Source of the DNA: Lama glama
Lineage: Eukaryota
DNA length: 64,000 nt
NCBI GenBank assembly: GCA_028534125.1
Contig: CM052817.1
Span: 10,728,001-10,792,000 of the forward strand
Direction of reading: 5' to 3'
Each line of letters starts with the position of its first letter. The stretch's first letter is position 1. Made by a program: the position numbers and the translations under genes. The notes under the pieces are model-generated. The model saw only the letters and a program-made list of their open reading frames with translations, did not search any database and was not told the DNA's origin. Shown here piece after piece: positions 63,213 through 64,000 of the stretch.

Positions 63213-63764
63213 GTACATGTGAATTTGCCTACTTTTGGTAATTCATGGATTTTTGCGGAGTGTGGAGAATTCTGAGTCATCTGGAGTGCACGTTTCCAGC
63301 TAAGGTCTAAGGAGGTAGTGCTCTGCCTTCTTGTTTCAGCTTTCATATTGTAAACAAATGTCATTTTTAAAGGCTACTTAGCGCCATGTTTTCTGCATTT
63401 TTGTGCTTTTCCTCAGTGATTTGTTGTTCAAAATGGCTCCTGAAGTATGGTGTTAATTTACTGTTCTTAAGTTCAGTGGGCTGTGATGTGCTTTATGGGG
63501 AAAATACCTGTGTTAGAATAAGCTTCATTCGTTTGCTGGTGGCTGAATTCGGTGTTGAAGAGTCAACAACATACATTAAACAAGGTGTCTTTAAACAAAA
63601 ATGCAGATAAAACAAAGTTATTCGTTGATTAGTGAACAAACAGCACAGCATGAGGCTCACAGGAAGCTAACTGTAGGCCTCCCGCAGGAGCAGTGGTTCC
63701 GTATTCACTAATTCTGTGTTAACGGCGACTTTCGAACATAACAATGGCAAAGGAGGATTGACTG
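63213..63764. mobile_element. TcMar-Tigger MITE (MER82-like)
   Basis: 'ctctgccttcttgtttcagctttcatattgtaaacaa...aaggtgtctttaaaca...gtattcactaattc...ggcgacttt', terminus 'ggattgactg' followed by TA. Confidence 0.85.
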
Positions 63765-63809
63765 TATCTCTCCCCTCCTTCTCTTTCCATTGCCATATAC
63801 TGAGAGGCA

Positions 63810-64000
63810 TCGTAGTATTGTTGAAAAAACACGGACTTCAGAATTAAACAAAACTGGACTTTAATCCAGATTAAATATGTGTGATTTGGGGCAAGATCAT
63901 TCATCACACTGGGCTTCAATTTTATGATCTTTAAAATATAAATAACACTAACAGGGTTATAAGCAGGGTTGCTGCGAGGATTAAAGAAAATAACAAATGA
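63810..64000 (+). mobile_element. MIR SINE (runs off the window end)
   Basis: 'tgtgtgatttggggcaagatca...ctgggcttcaatttt...aaaat...agggttgctgcgaggattaaa'. Confidence 0.75.

Noticed and set aside
1..64000. Strand bias of retroelements as evidence for a host transcription unit
   Set aside because: L1s and LTRs occur on both strands in similar numbers, and three minus-strand SINEs are too few to be meaningful. Intronic vs intergenic status cannot be decided.

Overview
Mammalian nuclear non-coding DNA, most likely a camelid (alpaca, llama or camel). The evidence is three tRNA-Ala-derived SINEs resembling the camelid Vic-1 type, cetartiodactyl-type L1 3' UTRs, and no recognisable Alu, B1, Bov-A or PRE-1 SINEs. 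I find no supportable protein-coding gene, functional RNA gene or CRISPR-like array. The ORF track consists of chance ORFs, decayed L1 ORF2 pieces and ORFs running through an N gap. Much of the window is transposon debris: young and old L1, L2, MIR, ERVL/MaLR and ERV1 solo LTRs, and Tigger and hAT MITEs. Between these lie repeat-free blocks that may be conserved non-coding or enhancer DNA. A 500-N scaffold gap lies at 48373-48872. I found no convincing new biological system. The best leads are a probable L1 3' transduction inside an MLT1A LTR, a full-length ERV1 solo LTR, a near-perfect 103/106-bp tandem duplication, a near-consensus RFX X-box and several candidate enhancers. Repeat subfamily names come from recalled consensus sequences, not a database search. 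Boundaries of old repeats are approximate.
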